Shown here: positions 19,920 to 30,010 of the stretch, one piece after another | How the letters are laid out: each line of letters starts with the position of its first letter | Position numbering within the stretch: the stretch's first letter is position 1 | DNA from: Armatimonadota bacterium | GTDB taxonomy: Bacteria > Sysuimicrobiota > Sysuimicrobiia > Sysuimicrobiales > Humicultoraceae | NCBI GenBank assembly: GCA_037443565.1 | Contig: JBBIOB010000010.1 | Span: 1,329 to 65,328, forward strand | Reading direction: 5' to 3' | DNA length: 64,000 nucleotides | Translations under genes and position numbers: made by a program | The notes under the pieces: generated by a model | Databases searched by the model: none | The model's input: only the letters and a program-made list of their open reading frames with translations | What the model was told of the DNA's origin: nothing

Positions 19920-21476
19920 ATGAAGCGCGTGCTGGTCCTGGTAGTCGTGTTGAGTCTCGGCGCCGTGCTCGTCGCCGTGCCCCAGGTCTCTCTCCTAGAC
20001 GCGCAGCCGCGACGTGGCGGCGTCTTTCGCATGGCCCATATCGGTGAACCGCCGACCCTTGATCTCCACTTGACGACCGCGGTCATCGTGGGCGACATCA
20101 TGGGCCACGTCTACGAGGGGCTGTTCGCCCTCAACAGCAGATTCGAACCGAAGCCGATGCTGGTGGACACCTGGACCGTGAGTCCGGACCGCCTGACCTA
20201 CACCTTCCGGCTTCGCAGGGGAGTCCGGTTTCACCATGGCCGCGAGCTGACCGGCGACGATGTGGTAGCGTCGCTCGCGCGCTGGGGCCGTCTGGCCACA
20301 CGCGGGCGGGCCCTCTTCGCGGTCGTCCGGTCCCTGACCGCGCCTGATCCCGCCACGGTAGTCCTCCGCCTGAGCGAGCCCTACGGACCGCTCCTGGTGG
20401 ACCTCGGGTTCACCCTCCAGGGCGCCGCGATCTACCCGAAGGAGGTCATCGAGGAAGCCGGGGGCGGGCCGATCCGCCGGTTCATCGGCACCGGACCCTA
20501 TCGATTTGTCGAGCATCTGCCCGACCGCCACGTACGCCTCGATCGGTTCGAGGAGTACAGTGCGCGCACTGACTCCCCGGACGGGTTCGCGGGGCGCAAG
20601 GTCGCGTACTTCGACTCACTCTACTTCGTCCCGGTCCCGGACGTGGCGGTCCGCATCGCGGGCGTGCGGCGGGGCGAGTACCAGTTCGCCGACAGCATCC
20701 CGCAGGATGAATTCGCGCGGCTGCAGGCCGACCCCAACCTCGAACCCTTCATCCCGCCCGTGCCCCTGTGGCTGACGACGGTGTTCAACAAGCGCGCCGG
20801 CCCGTTCGTCAACGTCAAGCTCAGGCAGGCGTGGCTCGCCGCCATCGACGCCGAAGCGGTCATGCGGGGCACGTTCGGACATCAGCGGTTCTGGCGCCTG
20901 GATCCGGCGCTGCTCCCCAAGCCCCACTACATGTGGACCGACATCGGCAAAGAACGCTACAACCAGCGGCGACCCGACCTGGCACGGCAGCTGCTGGCCG
21001 AGGCCGGCTATCGCGGCGAACCGATCAAGTGGATGACGACAATGGAGTATCCCGCCTACGGGATCGCGGCGCAGATCGCCAAGCCCATGCTGGAGCGCGC
21101 GGGATTCGTGTTCGACTTCCAGGTCGTGGACTGGGCAACCCTGATCTCCCGCCGCAGCCGACCAGAGCTCTGGGACGCGCTGAACACGGCGCAGTTGACC
21201 TTCCCCGACCCGACACAGGTCCTGGTGCTGAATGCCACGTGGCCGGGCTGGTATGAGAACCGGGACATGCAGGCGATGCTCACCCTACTCCAGCGGCACA
21301 CCGATCCCGCAGTCCGCATGGACATCTGGAGGCGCGCCCAGCGTCTGTTCTGGGAGGACGTGCCGGCGATCAAGTACGGCGACTATTTCCTCCTACACTT
21401 GTACCGAACGGAACTGAGAGGGTACGTGGGCCAGCCGGGGCACGCCTTCTGGAACGTCTGGTGGGAAGGCCGCTAG
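19920..21476 (+). CDS. ABC transporter substrate-binding protein, family 5 (peptide/nickel/opine type), with no cognate permease genes nearby
   Basis: Signal peptide (MKRVLVLVVVLSLGAVLVA), SBP_bac_5-like length and composition, and a GGAGGA RBS 8 nt upstream. Confidence 0.75.
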   Translation: MKRVLVLVVVLSLGAVLVAVPQVSLLDAQPRRGGVFRMAHIGEPPTLDLHLTTAVIVGDIMGHVYEGLFALNSRFEPKPMLVDTWTVSPDRLTYTFRLRRGVRFHHGRELTGDDVVASLARWGRLATRGRALFAVVRSLTAPDPATVVLRLSEPYGPLLVDLGFTLQGAAIYPKEVIEEAGGGPIRRFIGTGPYRFVEHLPDRHVRLDRFEEYSARTDSPDGFAGRKVAYFDSLYFVPVPDVAVRIAGVRRGEYQFADSIPQDEFARLQADPNLEPFIPPVPLWLTTVFNKRAGPFVNVKLRQAWLAAIDAEAVMRGTFGHQRFWRLDPALLPKPHYMWTDIGKERYNQRRPDLARQLLAEAGYRGEPIKWMTTMEYPAYGIAAQIAKPMLERAGFVFDFQVVDWATLISRRSRPELWDALNTAQLTFPDPTQVLVLNATWPGWYENRDMQAMLTLLQRHTDPAVRMDIWRRAQRLFWEDVPAIKYGDYFLLHLYRTELRGYVGQPGHAFWNVWWEGR

Positions 21477-21714
21477 CGCGCACGCGCGTTGACAGCCTGT
21501 GTGTGTCACCCGTGCGCTGCGAGGCACTGCTGCCGCTGGCGCACCAGACGGACACATTTAGGAAAGCCAAATACCCGGGAGGCGGTCATGGGAAGATTGC
21601 CAGAGGAATGAGGGAATACCGCAGGAACTAGGTTCGGACCGAGTCCGTGAGAAGAAGTTCAATGTTGGTAGCTGACCGGGCCCGTGGTCCAGCGGTGGGC
21701 TCTGGCTCGAGATG

Positions 21715-22287
21715 TCAGAAGGTGAACCCGGCCACCTCCCAGCGTGTGGTTGCCGTGTGCGGCCTCCGCCAGTTCATGGCAGGCCCGACCGCCATCAGCA
21801 GGATGACCGGCCTGCCGGCGACGATCTCGACGTCGGTCGGCTGCCCGGTCCTCAGCTTCCGCGAGAACTCCACGGTCCATGTTCTTCCCGAGCGGGTCGC
21901 CGCGAAAGCCGCGATGGAATCCTGGCCGCCTCGATCAGCATCCAAGACTGGTGCCCCGATCGGGGCCACCTGAAACAGATCGTAGGCCGCCGGCCGTCCA
22001 TTCTCCATCGCAAAGATATACTTGTCCGCACCGGCCTTGCGGTCGGTCTTCTCGTTCATGAACCCGATCCCGATCCAGCCGTCGCTGTCTCCCCGGAGCC
22101 CCATGTAGATCGTGTCGCCGACGATGCTCCAGGAGAGGGTCATGCCGGAGGCCTCGTGCCTGAGGGTCCTGGCATACTCTCGCTCACCGATCCTGCCGTC
22201 GACCGTCGGCGCCGCCGGTCCCGGCGCACCCTGCACAGTCAGCGCCAGCGCGAGAATCACGGCGGCCACGATACCGAGTACACGCAA
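21715..22287 (-). CDS. Secreted hypothetical protein, possibly DOMON-like beta-sandwich domain
   Basis: Signal peptide, followed by …GDTIYMGLRGDSDGWIGIGFMNEKTDRKAGADKYIF…. The domain call is tentative. Confidence 0.4.
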   Translation of the reverse strand: MRVLGIVAAVILALALTVQGAPGPAAPTVDGRIGEREYARTLRHEASGMTLSWSIVGDTIYMGLRGDSDGWIGIGFMNEKTDRKAGADKYIFAMENGRPAAYDLFQVAPIGAPVLDADRGGQDSIAAFAATRSGRTWTVEFSRKLRTGQPTDVEIVAGRPVILLMAVGPAMNWRRPHTATTRWEVAGFTF

Positions 22288-22478
22288 TGCGATCGCCTCC
22301 CTCTGGCGCAGGCCCAGGTTGCGGCAGAAACCTTCCCCGCCTGCGCGCGTGCCTCATGATCTTCTCAGTTCCACGGATAGACCGCCCACAGGGTTCCCTT
22401 CACCGACATTGGATCGACCTCGATCGAACCACACAGACTGGAGTTCGCCGTCCCTTGGGCGGTACAATCGTGGCGATC

Positions 22479-22904
22479 ATGCGGTCGCGCCCATGGGTGT
22501 TCCTGGCGATTGGCATCCCCTTTGTCGCCCTCGTGGTGTTCGCCTTGCTGCGTGAGGTCGGAGAGGGTCCGGTCAGGCGGCTGCGAGGTGAGTTGTCGGG
22601 CTACGGCGCCATCCTTGTCGCGCTGCATCTGACGCCCGATCCCCCCAGCACCGGCAGCACCGGCATCCACCTGCAGGTGGACGAGATCGCCGGGGCCGCC
22701 GTCCGCGGGGTGACGGTGACCGTGACCGTAGGATCAGATGCCGGGCCGCGCGAGCGGATCAGGCTGGTGCCGGCCGGCGCCGGGGGCCATCAGGGAACGG
22801 TGACGTTCCCGACTGCCGGGCGGTGGTGGATCGACGTGGAAGTCGCCAGAGGCAGGGATGCAATGCGGGTCCGTTTCCCGGTTGACGTACAGGTGAACGA
22901 CTGA
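22479..22904 (+). CDS. Membrane-anchored FixH-like/Ig-like domain protein
   Basis: N-terminal TM helix followed by a beta-rich domain (…GIHLQVDEIAGAAVRGVTVTVTVG…GHQGTVTFPTAGRWWIDVEV…), resembling FixH/YtkA-type proteins found beside copper ATPases. Confidence 0.4.
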   Translation: MRSRPWVFLAIGIPFVALVVFALLREVGEGPVRRLRGELSGYGAILVALHLTPDPPSTGSTGIHLQVDEIAGAAVRGVTVTVTVGSDAGPRERIRLVPAGAGGHQGTVTFPTAGRWWIDVEVARGRDAMRVRFPVDVQVND

Positions 22905-22914
22905 GGGAGCCACC

Positions 22915-23679
22915 GTGCGAGACCTCATGAGCACTTGGTACGGCATCCTGAACGCGATCTACGTCGCCATCCAGGGGCCCTTTGCCGGACTCACCGCCGA
23001 CACCACGGGGAGTGTCATGACCGCAGCCTTACTCGGGATTCTCGGAGCCGCGAGCCCTTGCCAGCTCAGCACAAACGCGACCTCCATCGCCTACGCGCTC
23101 CAGGGCGCGGGCCGGGGGAGCGGGGTGGCCGGCCGGTTGGCCACGGCGTACGTGGCGGGCAAGGCGTTGATGTACACCGGCTTCGGGCTGCTCGCCGTGC
23201 TGATGGGGCAGGGGCTGCAGGCCGCGGCCATCCCCACCATCGTCGTCGCGCGGAAGCTGCTGGGCCCGATGATGATCCTGATCGGCTTGGCGCTGCTCGG
23301 CGCCTGGCAACCCCGCTGGGGCTTCGGGCACCGGGTGAGCGTCCGCCTGCGCGAGCGGGTGGGATCGGGGGGGACGCCGAGCGCGTTCCTCCTGGGTGTC
23401 GCTTTCTCGCTCGCGTTCTGCCCCACGCTGGCGCTGCTCTTCTTCGGCTATGTCATCCCGATGACCGCCGCGAACCCTGCCGGCCCGGCCTACCCCGCGG
23501 TCTTCGCGATCGGCACCACCTTTCCGCTCGTGCTCACGACGATCGTGCTTGCCGCCGGTGCCGATTCTACGGTGGTGATGCAGCGGCTGCCAGCCTGGAG
23601 TCCGTGGCTGCGGCGGATCGGCGGCGGCATCTTCCTGCTGGCCGGGATCAACGACACGCTGCTCTACTGGTTTCTCTGA
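22915..23679 (+). CDS. CcdA/DsbD-family (DsbD_2) transmembrane thiol-disulfide transporter-like protein
   Basis: Polytopic membrane protein with two Cys-Pro motifs in TM segments (GAASPCQLS… and …LAFCPTLALL). Confidence 0.5.
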   Translation: MRDLMSTWYGILNAIYVAIQGPFAGLTADTTGSVMTAALLGILGAASPCQLSTNATSIAYALQGAGRGSGVAGRLATAYVAGKALMYTGFGLLAVLMGQGLQAAAIPTIVVARKLLGPMMILIGLALLGAWQPRWGFGHRVSVRLRERVGSGGTPSAFLLGVAFSLAFCPTLALLFFGYVIPMTAANPAGPAYPAVFAIGTTFPLVLTTIVLAAGADSTVVMQRLPAWSPWLRRIGGGIFLLAGINDTLLYWFL

Positions 23680-24233
23680 TGCCGCGCTGGGATCGCGCCG
23701 CGTTGCGCCTCACGGTCGCGCTGACCGTGGTGATCTACGTCATACTCGGCGTCGTGCTCTCGATGCGGCCGTCGGCACAGCTTCCCCCGGCCCTCGCTGC
23801 GGCGCTGGCGACATTCCCGGCGGTCATCGCGCTCGTGAACACCCTGGCCCTGACCTGCCTGATCGCGGGCTGGCGAGCGGTCCTGGCCAGGCAGATCCAT
23901 CGACACCGCCGGTACATGAGCGCGTCCGCTGTGCTGATCTCGCTGTTTCTCGTGCTCTACGTCACGCGGGTTGCGCTCGGCGGCACCAAGGCGTTCCCCG
24001 GCCCGCCGGAGATCCGGGCGTTCGTCTACCTACCCGTGTTGAGCATCCACATCGTCCTGTCCATCGTCTCGGTCCCGCTGGTCGCCTACAACCTGATCAC
24101 CGGCTTGACCCACAGCGCCGGAGCCGTCGCCGGCACGCGGCACCCGGCCGTCGGGCGGTACGCGGTCGCCTTGTGGTCTGTGAGCCTGGCGTTAGGCATC
24201 CTCGTCTACCTGCTGCTCAACGTCCTGTATTGA
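23679..24233 (+). CDS. DUF420 family membrane protein (CtaM/YozB-like, often associated with heme-copper oxidase function)
   Basis: Four TM segments; start overlaps the previous gene's stop (TGATG). Confidence 0.55.
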   Translation: MPRWDRAALRLTVALTVVIYVILGVVLSMRPSAQLPPALAAALATFPAVIALVNTLALTCLIAGWRAVLARQIHRHRRYMSASAVLISLFLVLYVTRVALGGTKAFPGPPEIRAFVYLPVLSIHIVLSIVSVPLVAYNLITGLTHSAGAVAGTRHPAVGRYAVALWSVSLALGILVYLLLNVLY

Positions 24234-24386
24234 CGGGCGGGCACGCCCTCCACATCGTTAACGGTCTCTTAACCAGCGCCGCCGTGCGCCCTGCCAGGAT
24301 AGGAAGGGAGAGAAGCACGGCACGATAGGGCAGAGACGCGCGTGAGACGCGCACGCTGATGCGGCGCGCGATCCCAGGCGACCCAC

Positions 24387-24761
24387 ATGAGCTCGAGTCT
24401 CCCGCGGCCGACACGCACGCACGTGGCCATTGCGCTGGTGGCTCTGACGACCGCCTTCGCGGTCACGCTGCAGCTCCGGACCGAGCGGGAGACCCGCAGG
24501 GTGCTCGGCGTCCCATCGCCGCGGCTGGCCGAGCTGGCCTACACGATGCAGCGTGAAGAGCAGCACCGCACAGCGCTCGAGGGCGAGGTCACCTCGCTGC
24601 GCCAGCACCTGGCCACGCTGGCCGACGCGGCGGCCACAGACCAGCAGGGGCTGCGCCGGATGAACGATGATCTCAGTCCGCCGGAACAACACACCCCTCG
24701 ACCCCTGGCCGTATCTGAACCGCTGACCCATGACCGGGTGACCTCTCAGGTCCTCCCTTAA
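24387..24761 (+). CDS. Hypothetical membrane-anchored coiled-coil protein
   Basis: N-terminal TM helix (VAIALVALTTAFAVTLQL) followed by a heptad-like charged region. No recognisable family. Confidence 0.3.
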   Translation: MSSSLPRPTRTHVAIALVALTTAFAVTLQLRTERETRRVLGVPSPRLAELAYTMQREEQHRTALEGEVTSLRQHLATLADAAATDQQGLRRMNDDLSPPEQHTPRPLAVSEPLTHDRVTSQVLP

Positions 24762-25118
24762 GCAGTCCTTAACCATCCCGTGGCGCCGCGCGTCTACGAT
24801 GAGGCCAACGCCCGGGGGGGCTGACGCAGGTGCGGACAGGGTTCGACATCGTTGACGCGGAGCGCGGTGCACAGCGCGGTAGAACGACAGCGGCCGCAGG
24901 GCGCGCGGCGTCCGTGCGGGCTGCGGTGCGCCCCGATCACACCTCCTGGATGTTGACGTCCCTGCTGCTCTGGCTGTGCTCACTGCCCTTGATCGGTCTG
25001 CTGGTGTGGCCGCATCTGGGCGCGCGGGTCGCGTTGATCGTGGCCGCAGGCCTGCTCGTCGCCTCGGTCACCGTCTGTTACGCGATCTGCGCCTGGCAGG
25101 TCGCCACGCCCGGAAGAG

Positions 25119-28013
25119 GTGCAGACGATGAGTAGGTCCTACTCCAAACCGATCGCCTTCGGACTACTCGGTTCCATCTCGCTGATTGGGCTCTATCTCG
25201 GCATCGTCCGCGTCGGATCGGCCTCATGGCCCCACACGGTTGATCTCCTGGTGACCGACTGGTACCTGGTCGCCGCCGTGGCCACGGGCTTCGGCATCCA
25301 GATGGGCCTCTTCACGCATCTGCGGCAGGTCCTCCGGCAGAACGGGGGCGTCCGCTCGGCGACGGCGATGGCGGCCGGCGGCACGGCGACATCCACCACC
25401 TCGATGGTCGCCTGCTGCCTGCACCACCTGGCCGAGGTGCTGCCGATCATCGGCCTCTCGGGCGCGGCGGTCTTCTTCACCACGTACAAGGTGCCGGTCA
25501 TCCTGTTCGGACTGGCGACCAACGGGCTCGGGATCGGGATCATGCTGCGGGCGATCCGGCGGCACACCCGGGCGGTCCGCACATCCCCACGCCCATCCCC
25601 CCGTGTATCCCCGCAAGGAGGAACCCCTATGCTGCCAGCAATCGGCTACGAGGTCGGCCGCGAGACGCTGCAGCTGCACATCAGCGGCATGAGCTGCGCG
25701 TCGTGCGTCTCCAGCATCGAGGGCGCGGTCGGCAATCTCCCCGGCGTCGCCCGGGTGACCGTGACGCTCACCGCGGGCACCGCGTCGGTCGAGTACTATC
25801 CGGGGACGGTGACCCCGGCACAGATCAAGAAGACGATCCGCGACCTGGGCTATGAAGCGGCCGAGCGGCTCGACGGCGCCGCGGCGCTGGACCGCGAGCG
25901 CGAGGCGCGCCAACGCGAGATCACCCGGCAGGGGCGGTGGATGCTCGTGGCGTGGCCGCTGGGCTTCCTGGTCATGCTGGGGACCTTTCAGGCGATGTGG
26001 ATCCTCCCCCGCTTCGTGCCCGAGGTCCTGGGCAACCGCCTGGTGCTCTTCGCATTGACCACCCCGATCGTCTTCGGCCCGGGCCTGCAGTTCTTCGTCA
26101 ACTCCTACCGCGGGCTGCGGCTGGGCGTGGCCGACATGAACCTGCTCTACGCCACCGGCATTGGCGCCGCGTACCTCATCGCGATCATCAACACCTTCTG
26201 GCCCGACGCGGGGTTCGGCGGACCGCAGGCCACGTTCTACGAGGCCGCGGCGCTGCTGACCGCGTTCATCATCCTGGGCCGCTACCTCGAGGCGCTGACC
26301 CGGGGCCGGGCGTCTGAGGCGATCCGCAAGCTCATGAGCCTCCAGCCCAAGATCGCCCGGGTCGTCAGGGACGAGGCGGAGATCGAGATCCCCGCCGACG
26401 AGGTCGAGGTCGACGATCTCGTCCTCGTGCGGCCGGGCGAGCGGATCCCGGTCGACGGCGTGGTGCTCGACGGCTACTCGGCGGTGGACCAGTCGATGCT
26501 CACCGGTGAGTCCATGCCCGTCGAGAAGCGTGCCGGCGACGAGGTCATCGGCGGTACGATGAACAAGACCGGCGCGTTCCGCTTCCGCGCCACGCGGGTC
26601 GGCCGGGAGACCGCCCTGGCCCAGATCATCAAGCTCGTCGAGGACGCGCAGGCCAGCAAGGCACCGATCCAGAAGCTCGCTGACCTGGTCGCGGGGAAGT
26701 TCATCTTCTGGGTCCACGTCCTGGCGCTGGCGGTCTTTCTGTTCTGGTTCTTCCTGGGGTACGACGTGTTCTTCAGCCCGCAGACCCGGCTGATGCTCAC
26801 GCCCTACACGCTCGCAGGCGTGGGAGTCTTCGGGTTCGCGCTCCTGATCTCGGTGGCAGTCCTGGTGATCTCGTGCCCCTGCGCCGTCGGCATGGCCACG
26901 CCGAGCGCGATGATGGCCGGCACGGGCAAGGCCGCCGAGCACGGCATCCTGTTCAAGGGCGCAGATGCCGTCGAGGCCGCGAGCCGGCTGACCGCGATCA
27001 TCTTCGACAAGACCGGCACGCTGACGCGCGGCGAGCCCGCAGTAACCGACATCGTGCCGGCGCCCGGTGGCGATGTCGCCGGGCTGCTCGGCCTGGCCGC
27101 CTCGGCCGAGGTGAACTCGGAGCACCCGCTGGGCGAGGCGATCGTGCGGGGGGCGCGCGAGCGCGGTCTCGCGGTGGGCCCGCCCGAGTCATTCGAGGCT
27201 GTCCCGGGGCGCGGGGTCATCGCGCGGTCGGCCGGCCGGGATGTGCTGCTGGGCAACCGCAAGCTCATGGCCGACCGCGCCGTGGCCATCGACGCGATCA
27301 CCGGTGAGGCGGAGCGCCTCGAAGGCGAGGGCAAGACGGTCATGTTCCTGGCGGTCGACGGCCGGCCGGCCGGGCTGATCGCGGTGGCCGACACGCTGAA
27401 GCCGAACTCGATCCAGGCCGTCGGGCTGCTGCGGCGGTTCGGTCTCGAGGTCGCGATGCTCACCGGCGACAACCGGCGCACCGCCGAGGCGATCGCCCGC
27501 CAGCTCGGCATCGACCAGGTCCTGGCCGAGGTGCTCCCGCAGGACAAGGCCTCGGAAGTCCAGCGGCTCCAGGGCGCCGGGCACCGCGTCGCCATGGTCG
27601 GCGACGGCATCAACGACGCCCCGGCCCTGGCCCAGGCCGACGTGGGCATGGCCATCGGCTCGGGGACGGACATCGCCAAGGAGAGCGGCCACGTGGTCCT
27701 GGTGAAGGACGACCTCCGCGACGTCGTCACGACGATCGAGGTGGCGCGCGCGACGATGCGCAAAGTCAAACAGAACCTGTTCTGGGCGTTCGTCTACAAC
27801 GCGGTGACGATCCCGGTCGCGGCGGGGCTGCTCTACACCCGGACGTACCTGGTCGTGAGCCCGGAGATGGCCGCCTTCCTCATGGCTATCAGCTCGCTGA
27901 CGGTGACGCTGAACACCACACTGTTGAAGCGGTTCGTGCCGACGCTTCGGCTCCGGCCCGAGCCGAAGCCTGCGGGCGGTGCGCTGGCACCGGTTGCCGG
28001 GGGGCAGTCATGA
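25119..28013 (+). CDS. copA: Copper-translocating P1B-type ATPase with an unusual in-frame N-terminal ~170-aa four-TM domain; canonical CopA body starts at 25629 with its own RBS
   Basis: HMA ([13 protein letters not shown]), TGES, CPC ([12 protein letters not shown]), [17 protein letters not shown], and TM7/8 residues YN…M…SS typical of Cu(I) ATPases. An AGGAGG RBS precedes an internal ATG at 25629 (MLPAIGYEV…). The upstream 25119..25628 segment encodes TM helices with a CC…HH motif ([14 protein letters not shown]) and is in frame with no stop. Confidence 0.8.
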   Translation: MQTMSRSYSKPIAFGLLGSISLIGLYLGIVRVGSASWPHTVDLLVTDWYLVAAVATGFGIQMGLFTHLRQVLRQNGGVRSATAMAAGGTATSTTSMVACCLHHLAEVLPIIGLSGAAVFFTTYKVPVILFGLATNGLGIGIMLRAIRRHTRAVRTSPRPSPRVSPQGGTPMLPAIGYEVGRETLQLHISGMSCASCVSSIEGAVGNLPGVARVTVTLTAGTASVEYYPGTVTPAQIKKTIRDLGYEAAERLDGAAALDREREARQREITRQGRWMLVAWPLGFLVMLGTFQAMWILPRFVPEVLGNRLVLFALTTPIVFGPGLQFFVNSYRGLRLGVADMNLLYATGIGAAYLIAIINTFWPDAGFGGPQATFYEAAALLTAFIILGRYLEALTRGRASEAIRKLMSLQPKIARVVRDEAEIEIPADEVEVDDLVLVRPGERIPVDGVVLDGYSAVDQSMLTGESMPVEKRAGDEVIGGTMNKTGAFRFRATRVGRETALAQIIKLVEDAQASKAPIQKLADLVAGKFIFWVHVLALAVFLFWFFLGYDVFFSPQTRLMLTPYTLAGVGVFGFALLISVAVLVISCPCAVGMATPSAMMAGTGKAAEHGILFKGADAVEAASRLTAIIFDKTGTLTRGEPAVTDIVPAPGGDVAGLLGLAASAEVNSEHPLGEAIVRGARERGLAVGPPESFEAVPGRGVIARSAGRDVLLGNRKLMADRAVAIDAITGEAERLEGEGKTVMFLAVDGRPAGLIAVADTLKPNSIQAVGLLRRFGLEVAMLTGDNRRTAEAIARQLGIDQVLAEVLPQDKASEVQRLQGAGHRVAMVGDGINDAPALAQADVGMAIGSGTDIAKESGHVVLVKDDLRDVVTTIEVARATMRKVKQNLFWAFVYNAVTIPVAAGLLYTRTYLVVSPEMAAFLMAISSLTVTLNTTLLKRFVPTLRLRPEPKPAGGALAPVAGGQS

Positions 28014-28195
28014 ACGCCGGGCTCATCGGGACCATCCTCGCGCTGGCCGCGGCGGTGATCTTCGCGGCTGCGGCGTCGGGCTCGACACCCGTGGCGCGAT
28101 ACGGTGGGGCGGCATGGGTCTTCATCCTGATGTGGATCATCCTGATGCCGATGCTGGCGCCGTGGCTCCGGCGGCGCAGGATGCGAGAACCATGA
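28010..28195 (+). CDS. Small membrane protein (61 aa), translationally coupled to copA
   Basis: ATGA stop/start overlap with copA; two predicted TM helices. Confidence 0.3.
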   Translation: MNAGLIGTILALAAAVIFAAAASGSTPVARYGGAAWVFILMWIILMPMLAPWLRRRRMREP

Positions 28196-28292
28196 CGACC
28201 CGCGGTGACCGGCTGCTGGCCGCGCTCGTCATCATCGCGGCGGCGACGTTCCTGGCTGCGGTGTTCTGGCTGCTCTTCGGCACGTGGTGACG
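28194..28292 (+). CDS. 32-aa single-TM peptide ([32 protein letters not shown])
   Basis: ATGA overlap with the preceding small ORF. Below the ORF-track size cut-off. Confidence 0.25.
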
Positions 28293-28328
28293 TCATGCCC
28301 GGCGCCGGCGGAAAGAAGGAGGGAACGA

Positions 28329-28822
28329 TGTCTCGGATTCGTCTATCGTGGACCGTCATCCTGGTGGCCGCTGCCCTTGTGCTGATCATCGCGGGCCCGG
28401 ATGCCGGCGAAGCCCGGAGCCACACCGCTCAGGTCGACAACCGTGGCGGAATCACCGTCAAGGCCACGTACATCACCGCCGGATATCTCAAGGCGACGCC
28501 CAGGGATCCATTGTCAGGGAAGGTGGACCCGGGGAGCGCCATCGTCATCGCGATCGCGCTCGACACACACTCCGGAGACCTGATGGCCTACGATCTCGTC
28601 AAGCGCGTGATCCTGCGGACCGACCGGGGGCAGCAGCTCGAGCCGCTCCGCTGGGTCTCGACCGCGGACGGTGCACACCACCGTGCGGGGGCGCTGGTCT
28701 TTGCGCGCACCGACGGCGCGGGACGCTCCATCGAGCAGGGCGCCGGGAGGCTCGAGCTCGTCGTGCGGGACCTCGGGGGCGTGGCCGAGCGGATCCTGCG
28801 ATGGACCCTGCCAGTCGAGTGA
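28329..28822 (+). CDS. Secreted/membrane-anchored hypothetical protein (beta-rich)
   Basis: Strong RBS (GAAGGAGGGAACG-ATG) and an N-terminal hydrophobic anchor (WTVILVAAALVLIIAG). Confidence 0.45.
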
Positions 28823-28874
28823 CGGTTCCACACTAGAGCCGACGGAGAAGGCACTGAGCACGATCCTCGAGGGG

Positions 28875-29081
28875 GTGAATACTGTGAGAAAGCTGATCGC
28901 CATAGTAGCCGGTGGTGCGCTGGCGGCCCTCGTCGCCTCCACCCCAGTGCTGGTCCACGACGGGGGACACGACAGCGGCAGGGAGTTCGGCGAGCACGTC
29001 GCCGAGCACGCCCGGGACGGTAAACTGGGCAAGGACCACAACCCCGGCGAGCATCAGGGATTCTCAGGTCACGCACGGTAG
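28875..29081 (+). CDS. Small secreted His-rich protein, possible metal-binding
   Basis: GTG start with RBS (GAGGGGGTGAATACT-GTG), a signal/TM (LIAIVAGGALAALVASTPVLV), then HDGGHDSGREFGEHVAEHARDGKLGKDHNPGEHQGFSGH. Confidence 0.4.
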   Translation: MNTVRKLIAIVAGGALAALVASTPVLVHDGGHDSGREFGEHVAEHARDGKLGKDHNPGEHQGFSGHAR

Positions 29082-29330
29082 ATCTATGGCCCGAGTAGGG
29101 CGAGGTGCCGCTACCCGGGCCTGCTCACGCCCGCGGAGCGCGAGATGTACGAGTATCTCAGGCTGCTGCAGTCCCACGTGGAGACCATGCAGATGTGGGC
29201 CGGCAACGCCCAGGGTATCATGCGACAGATGCCGACGCCGCGGAGACAGGCCACACGCGCGTTCACGATCAATTCACACCGTGTTCATGGGCGCGCGGTG
29301 AGGTCACGCTCGAGCAGTATCGGGAGTTGA

Positions 29331-29513
29331 GAAAAACGCTGGAATCGAGTAGTTGAGGGAACCCCGGGGCTGCAGTTCTACCTTCCGGCACAGCCCGGTC
29401 AGCGTGCGATTGCCGGCCTGACGGCTGCGAGGCCGGGAAGCTATGAGTTCTACTGCGGCGTGCCGGGCCATCGCGAGGCCGGCATGGTCGGCCGACTGAT
29501 CGTGGCACCATAG
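29331..29513 (+). pseudogene. C-terminal fragment of a cupredoxin (contains the Cys-His-Met copper-ligand loop), no start codon
   Basis: …PGQRAIAGLTAARPGSYEFYCGVPGHREAGMVGRLIVAP aligns closely with the C-terminus of the intact cupredoxin at 32796 (PGQSLTVTLDLRPGTYEAICTIPGHKEAGMVATVEVSP). The frame opens directly after a TGA at 29328. Confidence 0.5.
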
Positions 29514-29586
29514 GACGCACCGCACAGGGTCAGGTGGAGCCAGCTACCGCCAGGCTCGACGCGCACTCACCGGATCTGCCGGCGGC

Positions 29587-29967
29587 ATGCTCACCTACTT
29601 CTCGCTGTTCGGTGCACGCGATCCGCGTCTCAACCTCGCGACGGTGTTCTCCTGGATTCCCCAGGGGAGTGATATGCTCGGGCTGATGGCGTGGCGGTTT
29701 GTGCAATTCAGCTTGATGGCCGTGGGTGTCGCCCTGCTGACGGCGCTCTTGATGCGCGCCGCCGCAGGGAGGATCTTCATGCGAACTCCGACCTTTCAGG
29801 ACGCTCTGATCGCCGCCGCCAACAGCCCGACCGGCCGGTGGGCGCGGATCGTCGGTGGTGCGGTGGCGATTCTGGCCGGGTGGCGGCTTCGGGGATGGGC
29901 CGGCGTTGGGCTGGCGGTGGCCGGCGCGCTGGCCTCGGTTCCCGCGCTGTGGGGCTTCTGCCTCTGA
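29587..29967 (+). CDS. DUF2892-like small membrane protein
   Basis: Hydrophobic segments ending in …ALWGFCL. Start is uncertain (alternative ATG at 29674). Confidence 0.35.
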   Translation: MLTYFSLFGARDPRLNLATVFSWIPQGSDMLGLMAWRFVQFSLMAVGVALLTALLMRAAAGRIFMRTPTFQDALIAAANSPTGRWARIVGGAVAILAGWRLRGWAGVGLAVAGALASVPALWGFCL

Positions 29968-30010
29968 GAGTTCTTCCACCGGAGCCGGTCGGCTCCGGAC
30001 CGAGGGCGGT

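Noticed and set aside
22915-23679. Possible MerT-like mercury transporter
   Set aside because: The two Cys-Pro motifs sit in separate TM segments (SPC…FCP), as in CcdA/DsbD_2, rather than forming the MerT CPC/CC pair, and no merR/merA/merP neighbours are present.
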